The position numbers were made by a program, and so were the translations under genes. A stretch of DNA of 52,292 bases from Planctomycetales bacterium 4572_13 (lineage in GTDB: Bacteria; Planctomycetota; Phycisphaerae; Sedimentisphaerales; Anaerohalosphaeraceae), in NCBI GenBank assembly GCA_002084585.1, contig NBLM01000001.1, positions 1 to 52,292 of the forward strand. Direction: 5' to 3'. The notes beneath the pieces were generated by a model, which saw only the letters and a list, made by a program, of their open reading frames with translations, ran no database searches and had not been told where the DNA came from. Shown here in pieces: positions 9,101 to 20,784 of the stretch. The first letter of the stretch is position 1. Each line of letters starts with the position of its first letter.

Positions 9101-10901
9101 GAATATTTAATTCATAGCGTGATTTCTCTGTCGGCGACCCTTCATACGAAGCAAGAAGTTCCCTTGCCTTATCAAATTCGCCGAGGGCAATAGAGGCCTC
9201 AAGAATCATGCTTCGGCTCTGCTGGTTCACCCCATAGCGCCCCTGATAACTTTCAGCCAATTGCAAAACAACACCCCATGCCCCAAATCGCTGGAGTACC
9301 CGGGCGTAATCCAGCAACAGTTGTGGTTTTTGCAAAACCAATCTGTCACGGCTCGAAAAGGCACCCTCTATAAATTCTTTCTGCAAACCAAATTGACCCT
9401 GCTGTCCGGCAATCCGAGCCAGGGCCACGCACACGCGGGCATCAACATTGGATTGCCTTCGTTGGATGTCTTCGGGTTTATCCAACGCCTTGTTGGCCTC
9501 ATACGCCTTGTAAAGCAGCCGAACGCCCTCGTCCTGTTCTCCCTTGGCCAGTGCGACAAGCCCTTGATACTTCTGGATCATCGGATTATCGGTCGTTCCC
9601 ATTGTGCTGACAATTTCGGCGATGCGTGCTTCGGCCTTTTGCGTATAGTTTTCGGTTTCTTCAAGCTGACCTGCGTCCTTAGCGGCGAGGGCCTTTTCCA
9701 GGTAAAAGTTCGTCAGGAAGTTGTTGAGTGCAAAACGATAATTCAGGTTTCGCCTCTGCAAGGGACCGGGAACATCCTGCACCTCATCCAGCAACAGGGC
9801 GTCTTCGGCAATCTGCAACGCATCATCAACGGCCGCCGGGTCATTAAACGCATTGCCCTTACGATACAACAATCGGGCCATTCGAAGCGTGTATTCAAAA
9901 TCGTCCGGCCTGAGTTTGTGGGCCTGACGAATCGCTTCGATCGCACGGTTAAGTTCCGCTTCGGCAGACATCTTGCCGGGTGTTTCATAAGCAATCGAGG
10001 TAACCAGCAGAAGCTTGTCATTGGGTTGGACCTGCTGGCTGCGCTGGTCGATTTCGACACGGATCGCCTCTAGCGTATTCGGGTCATTCCGGGATGTCTG
10101 CATCTTGTAAAGCATCAAATCCGCGACCGCCGTCGGCTTATCGTCCGACTGATCGATAGCCGTTTCCAGTAAACTAAGGGCCTTTTTCTGGGCTTTTTCC
10201 TTGGCCTCAATAACGCCGGCCAGTGCATTCAATTCACCTTCCAGGATCGTTGCATCCGCCATCAATTTATAGAGTTCGCCATTCTGCGGCTCGGTTTCAA
10301 TGAGTTGCTTTAACAACACAATACATTCATCCAGAGGGCCTCTGCGATCGGTTGTATCCCCTCTTTGAGCAATCGACAGCAATGCTTTTGCGTGTGCGAT
10401 TAAGAGAAATGTCTCCGGCTCGGTTCCCCGGAACTCCAGGATGTCAATCAGTTCGGTTGTATTCTCCTCGACAGTCCTCCAGGCACGCGCATCACCGGCA
10501 TCAGCGGCCTGATAGTAAAAATCCAGCAGTTTTCTGCGAGCGGCGAGATTTTGAGGGTCAATGGTAATAATCTTATTCCAGCAACCCATCACCTTACCCC
10601 AATCGGCCTCGTGCTGATCATTATTGATTAAATGGAACTCCGCTAAATCGAAGAGACGCTCTATTTTATATTCATCTGTTTTCCCAAAGCTATAAGCCCG
10701 GCCAAATTCTTTTTCGGCGTTCTCATAATCACCCGCTTCGAGAAACTGTTGGGCTTTTGCCAATGATTTGTCCGGATTCTGAAACCACCCAAACCGGCGG
10801 GCAACCTTGGGACCAATCAGCAAACTCATTCCGCCGCCGACCACCAAAAGCAGCAAAACAATGCCAATAATTGCAACTTTTTTATTTAACTTTTTCGCCA
10901 T
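6144..10901 (-). CDS. Giant TPR-repeat protein with N-terminal membrane anchor (PrsT-like exosortase-locus TPR protein)
   Basis: 1585 aa. N-terminal TM segment VAIIGIVLLLLVVGGGMSLLI, followed by TPR-like helical repeats throughout (recurrent A..Y..AL...P motifs). It sits between the EpsI and Wzc genes. Confidence 0.85.
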   Translation of the reverse strand: MAKKLNKKVAIIGIVLLLLVVGGGMSLLIGPKVARRFGWFQNPDKSLAKAQQFLEAGDYENAEKEFGRAYSFGKTDEYKIERLFDLAEFHLINNDQHEADWGKVMGCWNKIITIDPQNLAARRKLLDFYYQAADAGDARAWRTVEENTTELIDILEFRGTEPETFLLIAHAKALLSIAQRGDTTDRRGPLDECIVLLKQLIETEPQNGELYKLMADATILEGELNALAGVIEAKEKAQKKALSLLETAIDQSDDKPTAVADLMLYKMQTSRNDPNTLEAIRVEIDQRSQQVQPNDKLLLVTSIAYETPGKMSAEAELNRAIEAIRQAHKLRPDDFEYTLRMARLLYRKGNAFNDPAAVDDALQIAEDALLLDEVQDVPGPLQRRNLNYRFALNNFLTNFYLEKALAAKDAGQLEETENYTQKAEARIAEIVSTMGTTDNPMIQKYQGLVALAKGEQDEGVRLLYKAYEANKALDKPEDIQRRQSNVDARVCVALARIAGQQGQFGLQKEFIEGAFSSRDRLVLQKPQLLLDYARVLQRFGAWGVVLQLAESYQGRYGVNQQSRSMILEASIALGEFDKARELLASYEGSPTEKSRYELNILVSQTARLKQTIASLEEQEEEPTPEQTQELKTLREKRNELLGKILKTSPKEVNTQILAGICVDMMRNEQVALAVEYLDAFLAANPDVLNLMVLRLQAQQEDPLNLTPDQRTQLRQQAINSLTDAKQKAILSAGSYRLQGDFEKALQTLEQNPQVDSGDPEIVQVRFGIAIEQKDFQAAQSLQQIIRAENIDRCDGNLAAARLEMVQENYQAALRRLDECVSLQPLYSYTYFLKSQVLSQLEDEEGSIESAKMAIRMDPQNASYTRQLASLLFARNAALGSKMTQQQQAEAEQAVMMAMRLNPTDQQLQSVYAESIQLRDPDRALLIRQKLLESNPSASNALMLGNMALRMAMSEWDAAKKTGLIELAGNAYQKGMDAEPDNETLRQAYADYQQRSGKGEEAIELLKGDKNLEWKFYLRNGQFEQAEAILKDLLQENPEDPLLVQGLVLVSQGAGHRDRIKQYLNTLAKLDETKEIQLWVLQKYIDNGFTEEAEKKLASFRERFPDEKAVLLIEAWTQMGKGRLEEALALANRYLETDTNNSGAWRLRGRLYRLMNQPRKAVEDLQHSKGLQDTPAVRMELATVYTELNQVTAAIGELVPSLDDPKSPVQLRLMLESLYQKNNRISDLDKFYQMTLEKYPQSVFWLYRAGLYYLNQGTLVKAQELLKASWQISTEQGQPDAGALGGYLESLYRAKQYDQAFSIASGQIDTPAAPLVYTFMAQVHFQKGRKDEAVQSFYTALDKAATNDGAQGMISQKMLDTVGKEAVMGWISDKLAADENSLPAHLLAARLAQRDIAYNEAIEHINKCIDSLGEGNPAWLGYALKKVNLLIMAYTKTADQSYWERATALLEKMLQLQPNNSSLLNNMAYLLADNNQQLETALEYARKAHQGDPGNAVFLDTYAYVQCKTGQYKQAEQNLIRAVQIYEVLGQPVPWDLYKHFAMAKEGLDKAAQAIEMYQKALDASDEIPEKEKQRLQAAIERLQQS

Positions 10902-10965
10902 AATTCCATTTTCCTTTATAAATCAGAATCGTTCCTATCACCCTCTAAGTGAAAGTTATTTCAAG

Positions 10966-11736
10966 CTATTCGTTATTGATTTTTTCCCAATCGGGCCAAT
11001 GACTTTTTTCTAATTCCGGTAGCAATCTCTCCAGCAGTTTCCCGCTGGTGTCCAGCGTCTGTTTTTTATCGGGATAAATCAGACCAAATGAATCGGCCCC
11101 GTAAAATTTCCATTCCACCTTGCAGAAATAGGAGTACTTACTGAACCAGTTGCTACCGAGCTTCAAGCGGGTATCCGTTCGATTGGAACAATAATCACCA
11201 TTGGCGTGAAAGAAGTACTGGACGGAAAAATTCTCCTCACGCATCGTTTGTCGGTCGATATTCTTAAAGGCAACGAATTGGAAATCCAGCTTCTGGTCGC
11301 CGTCATTTCGGGGGATATTAATGGTAACCGTTCCGCCCCCTTCACGCTCGTTGCCGCCACCGACATAGCACTCATCCGGAACATGCGGCACCATATCCGG
11401 ATTACCAGTATAATAGGTGATAAACAGTGAACAATAGCGGGTCGGACTGCTTGGATCGGCTTCGCTGTCCTCAAGTACCCACTGCAAATACTCTTCGGTC
11501 CCCAAGCTCTCCAGAACATCCCGATTCTGAATCCGTGTCTTGTTTTTCGGCACAAAAGGTGCCAGAACGCCCTCGTCCATTTCCTCAAGCGGATGCTGCA
11601 ACGCGATGGACTCTTTGACCATCTGAACGCCCAGCACACGAATCACCGCCTCCTTAGCGATGGCCGCAGACAAAAGAACCGCCACACACACAACAAATGC
11701 CGGCTTCAAAAAAGATTTTATTCCTGTTGCTGTCAA
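10966..11736 (-). CDS. EpsI-family exosortase-associated protein
   Basis: N-terminal signal-anchor then a ~200-aa periplasmic domain, immediately 3' of the exosortase gene. The TTG start at 11736 is preceded by AGGAG 6 nt upstream. It is in the same frame as the exosortase, separated only by TAA. Confidence 0.72.
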   Translation of the reverse strand: MTATGIKSFLKPAFVVCVAVLLSAAIAKEAVIRVLGVQMVKESIALQHPLEEMDEGVLAPFVPKNKTRIQNRDVLESLGTEEYLQWVLEDSEADPSSPTRYCSLFITYYTGNPDMVPHVPDECYVGGGNEREGGGTVTINIPRNDGDQKLDFQFVAFKNIDRQTMREENFSVQYFFHANGDYCSNRTDTRLKLGSNWFSKYSYFCKVEWKFYGADSFGLIYPDKKQTLDTSGKLLERLLPELEKSHWPDWEKINNE

Positions 11737-12732
11737 TTACTTCTCCTGTGTCGGTGTGTTGGACACTTTACGAACAATAATATCCTCTTTGGACTCGCTT
11801 TGATCTTCATCGACAAACAGATTTTCCATCAGCCACGCCAGCCCGCCATACAGCACAAATGCCAGCGGCAGCATCAGCATTCCCAGCATATCATGATAAA
11901 TCCCCTGGGCGTACTTCGGATTGCCGAGGATATAAATAAAACCCGTAATGGTTACACGAACGATATTACAGAAAATCGCAATCGGCAGTGTCGAAGCCAG
12001 CAGAACCAGCCGCTGCCAGATCGGCCGCCAGTGCAGATACGCCATCGCCACGCCCAGTGCCACAAACGCCATCACCAACCGCATCCCGCTGCACGCATCC
12101 GCCACATCCAGACCCGGTTCCATTCGCACGCTTTGATACACAACATCAATCGTCGAACCCTGCACGGTGGCTTCCAACTGCGGCACCAGATTCAGCACAA
12201 CCGTCGCCACCTGCGCCGCCAACTGCCGCATTGGATTCGTCAACTGAAAATACAGCCGCCCGGGCAGCGGTACGGCAAAAAATAGATAGGCAATGGGGAG
12301 CCATGTGTATTTGAGTATCTTCCAACCGCCGACAAACAATACAACGGATCCAATCACCGCGATCATCGTCAGGGGCTTGCCATACCCAAACTTCAACATG
12401 ACAATGTTTATGGGATGAAGGCCCAGAAAGAACAGTAAACAGAACAAGCCCACGAACCAACTCGGACGGGATTCCTTAATCGCCAGCATCTCGTCCTTGT
12501 GCTGATTCAGAAAATACAAACTGAACAGGGGAATCAGAAAGCCGTGCGACCAGCTGGGGTTCGTAAGCCACTGGCGAACGATGCCGTTGATCTCTTCACG
12601 GAAAATCCACCAGATAAGCACTGAAATGACAGCGATCTTGACAAATGAATACACACCCAAATCCAGCCAGCTCTTTTCATCAGCTGTCTCGTTTGTCGGT
12701 TGAGTTGTTTCAGTTGACTGGGACTGGTTCAT
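11737..12732 (-). CDS. Exosortase (EpsH/Xrt family transpeptidase)
   Basis: Polytopic membrane protein with signature residues in context: DACSGMR (catalytic Cys), NIVRVTITG (Arg), HDMLGMLM (His). The subfamily cannot be assigned by eye. Confidence 0.88.
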   Translation of the reverse strand: MNQSQSTETTQPTNETADEKSWLDLGVYSFVKIAVISVLIWWIFREEINGIVRQWLTNPSWSHGFLIPLFSLYFLNQHKDEMLAIKESRPSWFVGLFCLLFFLGLHPINIVMLKFGYGKPLTMIAVIGSVVLFVGGWKILKYTWLPIAYLFFAVPLPGRLYFQLTNPMRQLAAQVATVVLNLVPQLEATVQGSTIDVVYQSVRMEPGLDVADACSGMRLVMAFVALGVAMAYLHWRPIWQRLVLLASTLPIAIFCNIVRVTITGFIYILGNPKYAQGIYHDMLGMLMLPLAFVLYGGLAWLMENLFVDEDQSESKEDIIVRKVSNTPTQEK

Positions 12733-12747
12733 ATAAATGATAACAAA

Positions 12748-14295
12748 TTAAAATATATTGTTGAAGCTGAAGTCATCGTTAGCAAAGTTGCGGTCATAAA
12801 TAAGCCCGAACCCATAAGTCGCACGAAAAGCATTTCGCAAAACAGCCAGCCAGCGGGCGGTTCCGTGCGTGCCGACATTAATGTGGTCGTGCTGCTTAAT
12901 GAAAAAGTCCGGCTGCGTACCGTTCGCGATCTTTACCAGATCCACCAGAACAATCTCTTGCTGCTCCAGCCCGGCTTCGTTTTTGCCCATACGGCGTCTG
13001 ACCTCAACTTTTTTCGGCCAGGCAAGAGAGTTCAGCCCACCCGCAATCGTAATCGCCTGCATTAATGTAATGGGACGACCCGTTAGATTATAGGCATTCG
13101 GTGCATTTACATTGCCCCCTACATAAAATTCACCAACCAGGTCACGCGGAACGGTAATTCTGTCCGCCGGACGAATGACGATATTGTAACGAGGATCACC
13201 CGACAACAGCTTGTCAACCGGAATACTGATCACCCGCGTTACCGAATCGGCGGCGCCAACATCAGACAAACCAAATCCGGAAGAAATTTGCGGCTGAGAC
13301 GGTTGGGGATCCGCAGCAAATTGTTCAGGCCTTAAAAGCTCCGGCTGCAAACCCGACGGTGCGGCGGTGGCGGCCTCAACTTCAATCGCTTTCCACTGCC
13401 CCTGGTCAAAAACCCACTCGATGCGTGAAACAGACGGCTCCGATGAAACGGATTCAGCCGCATCCGGCAATTCATCCAATGGATCAAGCCCCTCAGGCAT
13501 CGCCAAGGCCTCAAGTTCCCCATGCGTTGCCATCTCTGCCGTTGTAACAAGACGGGCGTCGCTCGGCGTAATCATCTCAAGCATCTCGTCTTCGGCACTT
13601 TTTTGTTCCGATTCAGCGGGCTTAAAATCCGCCTCCGGCAATCTATCAAATGATTGGAAATCCTCGGCCTTGACATCGCGAGACACATAGATGTAGGTCA
13701 CATTAAAATCTCCAATACCGCCGGCCATCGCAATGGCCTCTGTCAGGCGAAGCGGATACCGCGGAATCTGAAATCGTGATGACTGCGCGACTCCCTGCCC
13801 GACGATCGAGAATATCCGTCGCTCCGAATTCAAGAGCGTAACGGTAACAGACGGATCCTTGAGGATGTTCGGCGAGAGGATACTGGCAACTTCGCGTTCC
13901 AGTTCGACCTCTGTCAATCCCTGGGCCATGACAATGCCGACATCGGGGATTGAGATACGACCGGATTCGGTTACGACAAACTGATTTGCATACTGTTGGC
14001 CCTCATTATACAACTCAAAAATGGTGATCTGAACAACATCACCCGCACTGAAAACATAATCCGGTTCGTACGGAAGCAGGTCTTCCGGGGTGGGTTCTTC
14101 GGCCCCCTCATAGGTTGGCGACGGTTCATCAGCCACGCCCAGCGTGTCCAATATCACATTGACCGTCGGAGTCGGCTCAAAACGGCCCAACTGAGTCGGG
14201 TCTAAGGCATCGTTGTAACAACCGCCAAGGGCAAGAAGCAGGCAAACGGCTACAATCCAGAAAACGCTTTTTCTCGTCATGGTTTCAGAATCCAT
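12748..14295 (-). CDS. Polysaccharide export lipoprotein (Wza/EpsE-like, Poly_export + SLBB domains) with acidic insertion
   Basis: Lipobox LLALGGC, a GDVVQITIFE-type Poly_export motif, and SLBB motifs LRLTEAIAMAGG and ITLMQAITIAGG. ATG 14295 follows AAGGA; the ORF track starts at TTG 14304, and ATG 14280 is also possible. Confidence 0.85.
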   Translation of the reverse strand: MDSETMTRKSVFWIVAVCLLLALGGCYNDALDPTQLGRFEPTPTVNVILDTLGVADEPSPTYEGAEEPTPEDLLPYEPDYVFSAGDVVQITIFELYNEGQQYANQFVVTESGRISIPDVGIVMAQGLTEVELEREVASILSPNILKDPSVTVTLLNSERRIFSIVGQGVAQSSRFQIPRYPLRLTEAIAMAGGIGDFNVTYIYVSRDVKAEDFQSFDRLPEADFKPAESEQKSAEDEMLEMITPSDARLVTTAEMATHGELEALAMPEGLDPLDELPDAAESVSSEPSVSRIEWVFDQGQWKAIEVEAATAAPSGLQPELLRPEQFAADPQPSQPQISSGFGLSDVGAADSVTRVISIPVDKLLSGDPRYNIVIRPADRITVPRDLVGEFYVGGNVNAPNAYNLTGRPITLMQAITIAGGLNSLAWPKKVEVRRRMGKNEAGLEQQEIVLVDLVKIANGTQPDFFIKQHDHINVGTHGTARWLAVLRNAFRATYGFGLIYDRNFANDDFSFNNIF

Positions 14296-14569
14296 TAATA
14301 TCAAATCCTTATCATCCGCAATTCGGGTACAATCACCGATCCAAAAATGGGGATATGCTCGTTAAATCGGCCTATTTCCTACAACTCTTTACCTATAATT
14401 TCGGCGATAAGGGGCCAAAATCAATAAATTTACGAAAAAAAACACCCAGAGAAGTAAAAAACACCGCTCATCACCCTGATACAAAACTCCGCAGTAAGCT
14501 GAGATGCCAAAAGGACAACCAGATTTACTTATTTTCCGCGGAAAATGTTCATCAAAAACAGGCCACCAA

Positions 14570-15298
14570 TTAAATTATCACTAATTTAAGGTTTCCCTGT
14601 GTGTGTACTTTTTGGATGTCTTTATAATCAAACCGGATCATCAGCTCTTTTGATCCAACCCCGTTTCGAATATCAAAAACATCAATCGTGCGTGGAAAAT
14701 ATCTCGATAACTCTTTATTGTAACGGATGTTATAAACTTTCATCAGCCATGCCAAGCCCTCTTTCGGATCTTCCAGAAGAACCGACTCGACCCGTTTGGT
14801 CTCCAGCGATTGAAGAAGCGTCAATTCGACTCCGCTCGGCCATCGGGGCTTTAAGGGTTTATACCACCGCCCCTCAATCTTGATGTTTTCAGCGGAAAGC
14901 ATCGATTCGGTTTCCAGAAGCCCGCCGGCGGCGCAAAAACCGTAAAATACGGAAGCGGCGAGATTTTTACTCCAAAATGTGTCAGGAAGGTCCGATAGTG
15001 ACTGTTGTTTTGGTTCTGATGAGTCGTAATCATCCTTCAGCAGCGAGCATTGGACAACACCGACCGGTTCGGTTGAAATCGCCTGGAAAAAACCGGCGGA
15101 TGGATTATATCCATGCCGCTGCCGGGTAATGTAGGATGAAGCATTTGTTTTGTAATAATGGACAATACAATCTGTCGCAATGGCGGCCCTGACCGAAACC
15201 GGCTCATCGGCCCTTTGCTGTTGGCTCTGGGCGCAACCAGCAAATAAAAAAACCACAACAACCGTCGAAGCAATTAATAAAGACATCCATCGTTTCAT
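14570..15298 (-). CDS. Hypothetical lipoprotein
   Basis: Signal peptide plus lipobox VFLFAGCAQ. 242 aa with no motif I recognise. Confidence 0.6.
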   Translation of the reverse strand: MKRWMSLLIASTVVVVFLFAGCAQSQQQRADEPVSVRAAIATDCIVHYYKTNASSYITRQRHGYNPSAGFFQAISTEPVGVVQCSLLKDDYDSSEPKQQSLSDLPDTFWSKNLAASVFYGFCAAGGLLETESMLSAENIKIEGRWYKPLKPRWPSGVELTLLQSLETKRVESVLLEDPKEGLAWLMKVYNIRYNKELSRYFPRTIDVFDIRNGVGSKELMIRFDYKDIQKVHTQGNLKLVII

Positions 15299-15401
15299 AG
15301 TTCACCCCGTTTTCAGTATTAATATACGACTTTTTTACAACAAAACAAAAATTCGGCCCTGCGATCTCTCGCAGGGCCGAACTCAATTCTTTATCTTCTC
15401 A

Positions 15402-18965
<3,564 letters not shown>

Positions 18966-19048
18966 AAAACTCTCCATAATCTTTAAAAATAGCTGTACTA
19001 AGGACCGAAAACACAGACCCTTCTCTTCGACACACCAAACAAACCGTT

Positions 19049-19077
19049 TATATACCATACCCCACTATGACAGGCAA
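19049..19077 (-). promoter_or_regulatory. Candidate sigma70-type promoter for PFOR
   Basis: Minus strand reads TTGCCT (19077-19072), 17 nt, TATATA (19054-19049), about 80 nt upstream of ATG 18965. Confidence 0.5.
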
Positions 19078-19125
19078 ACTTTTTCGCCGGAAAAACAACG
19101 ATACCATTACGGATGAAGCGAAGAC

Positions 19126-19199
19126 AAAAAAAAAGACCGCCCGTGGCGCAGAAGGAGGAGGAAGTCAGTGATGACTTCCAGGGCTATCACCACAGGCGG
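19126..19199 (-). terminator. Compound-hairpin intrinsic terminator after cobO (also a member of the TAGCC-hairpin repeat family)
   Basis: Minus strand: outer stem CCGCCTGTGG/CCACGGGCGG (19199-19190 / 19146-19137, one G-U) encloses GATAGCC plus inner hairpin GGAAGTCA-tcac-TGACTTCC (19179-19160). It is followed by T9 (plus A-run 19126-19134). Confidence 0.55.
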
Positions 19200-19380
19200 C
19201 AGAAGGAGCTAAACAGCAGAATACTGATTTGCGTAATCAATGTCAACCCCTTGCCCTGTAAAACACCGTTAAAATTTTTAACCTCCGGCAAAAGCACCTC
19301 TTAGAGAGCAAAAAAAAGCGGCGGTCAAAACGAAACACCAGAAACCACGAACGACCAAACTGACCACCGACCAGTTTGAG

Positions 19381-19923
19381 TTAGTATTCGATGCCTTTGC
19401 GGGCGGGTGTGCCATTGTCGTAGGGGTGTTTAATCAATCGCATTTCGGTAACGAGATCGGCCATCTCGATCAGTTCCTGCCCGGCCCCTCGCCCGGTCAG
19501 TACCACTTCGACCTGCGGGCTGCGGTTCTCAATAAGACATTTGATGTCGTCCATCTCTGCCAGCCCATGATTGAGGCAGAAAACAATCTCATCAAGAATA
19601 ATGACATCATAATACCGCTCGTGGGCACTCGTTTCCAGTTCCTGCATTACTTTGTGTATCGCCGCCCGAATCCGCTGCATATGGATCGGGTTCTCCATCG
19701 ACCGGGCCATATCCCACGACTCATCCAGCGATTTGACGACAATGCCCTCACAACGCATATTGACCAGATTGCGTTCGCCCAGTTCGAGCGTGTCGGGCTT
19801 GAGGAATTGATAGATCAGCACCTTACCCCCATGACCAGCCGCCCGCAACGCCAGGCCAAACGCCGCCGTGGTCTTACCCTTGCCGTCGCCGGTATAGATT
19901 TGGATGAGTCCTTTTTCGAGCAT
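19381..19923 (-). CDS. cobO: Cob(I)yrinic acid a,c-diamide / cob(I)alamin adenosyltransferase
   Basis: GLIQIYTGDGKGKTTAAFGLALRAAGHGGKVLIYQFLK P-loop signature of the CobO/BtuR family. Start taken at ATG 19923 (MLEKG...); the 63 upstream codons in the ORF track are atypical for the family. Confidence 0.85.
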   Translation of the reverse strand: MLEKGLIQIYTGDGKGKTTAAFGLALRAAGHGGKVLIYQFLKPDTLELGERNLVNMRCEGIVVKSLDESWDMARSMENPIHMQRIRAAIHKVMQELETSAHERYYDVIILDEIVFCLNHGLAEMDDIKCLIENRSPQVEVVLTGRGAGQELIEMADLVTEMRLIKHPYDNGTPARKGIEY

Positions 19924-20160
19924 GGGCGGTATAATAATAGCAACCGACCATTGTCGCAAGAAGAACCACGAATAAACACCAGTAAACACAAACTTTTTTA
20001 CCATGAAGTTATTGGGGGACATAAAGATTCTTGTATGTCTTTTTTTCTTCATGCTCTTCCGGGTCTTCATGGTTAAAGCGCATACAAAACGCCTGCTCGC
20101 TCCCATGAGCAAACAGGCGTTTATCTAAAAAGCCGTAAGAAGAAACAGACGGTAAAAGTT

Positions 20161-20526
20161 TTAGATATGTACGAGTCGGTCTTCGTTTTTGTTCGCGGCC
20201 GGCTCAAACGGCAGCGGATCGGCAAACTGCACCGCTACGCGTCGAAGATACGGGCCGAGTTCATCAATGCGGCAAATCTGGCCGTCGCGAATGAAGTTAG
20301 CCATATCATAGGAGTCCTCCTCGTCAAACTGAGGAACGCTGAACCGCGTGGTGATATGCTCACCGGGGGTCGGACACTTGTCCGCATAGCAGGTAAACGC
20401 CGCCCCGCCGCTGGAGACATCGATCATCTGGCCCTGGGTCAGAATGTTGTCAAAGTCCTCCGCAAACCAGACCGGCCAACTGTATTGCAATCTCGCCTCG
20501 CGTCGTCGTTCGATTCCTGATTCCAT
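20161..20526 (-). CDS. Stand-alone PilZ-domain protein (putative c-di-GMP receptor)
   Basis: RREAR (RxxxR) and DVSSGG (DxSxxG) motifs at PilZ-typical spacing. ATG 20526 is preceded by AGGAG 8 nt upstream; the ORF track starts at TTG 20544. Confidence 0.8.
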   Translation of the reverse strand: MESGIERRREARLQYSWPVWFAEDFDNILTQGQMIDVSSGGAAFTCYADKCPTPGEHITTRFSVPQFDEEDSYDMANFIRDGQICRIDELGPYLRRVAVQFADPLPFEPAANKNEDRLVHI

Positions 20527-20784
20527 CCTAAATACTCCTGTCAAAAGTCAAAATTCGTCCATCGTCAATCGACAATTGTCAATCCTTTCAGCAGATCGCC
20601 TCGCTAATAGGGAATTCGGACTGAACGCCGGCCGAGTTAATGGATTCAAATATCGAAAATAATGCCGAAACCTCCAGAAACCGGCATTTCAAAGCCCCCA
20701 AAACCGATTCCGGCCGGACACTGTGTTTACAGAAAAATGTTAAAATAGATAAAAACAAGTCCCTTGTTCCGATAACTCTTCCAT

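Noticed and set aside
18966-19058. N-terminal extensions suggested by the ORF track
   Set aside because: This covers PFOR here, and also cobO 19924-20112, thiC 28506-28556, truD 25117-25191, TetR 51861-51902 and DUF2089 32139-32165. In each case an internal ATG with a good SD restores the family-typical N-terminus, and the extension overlaps promoter, riboswitch-platform or repeat sequence.
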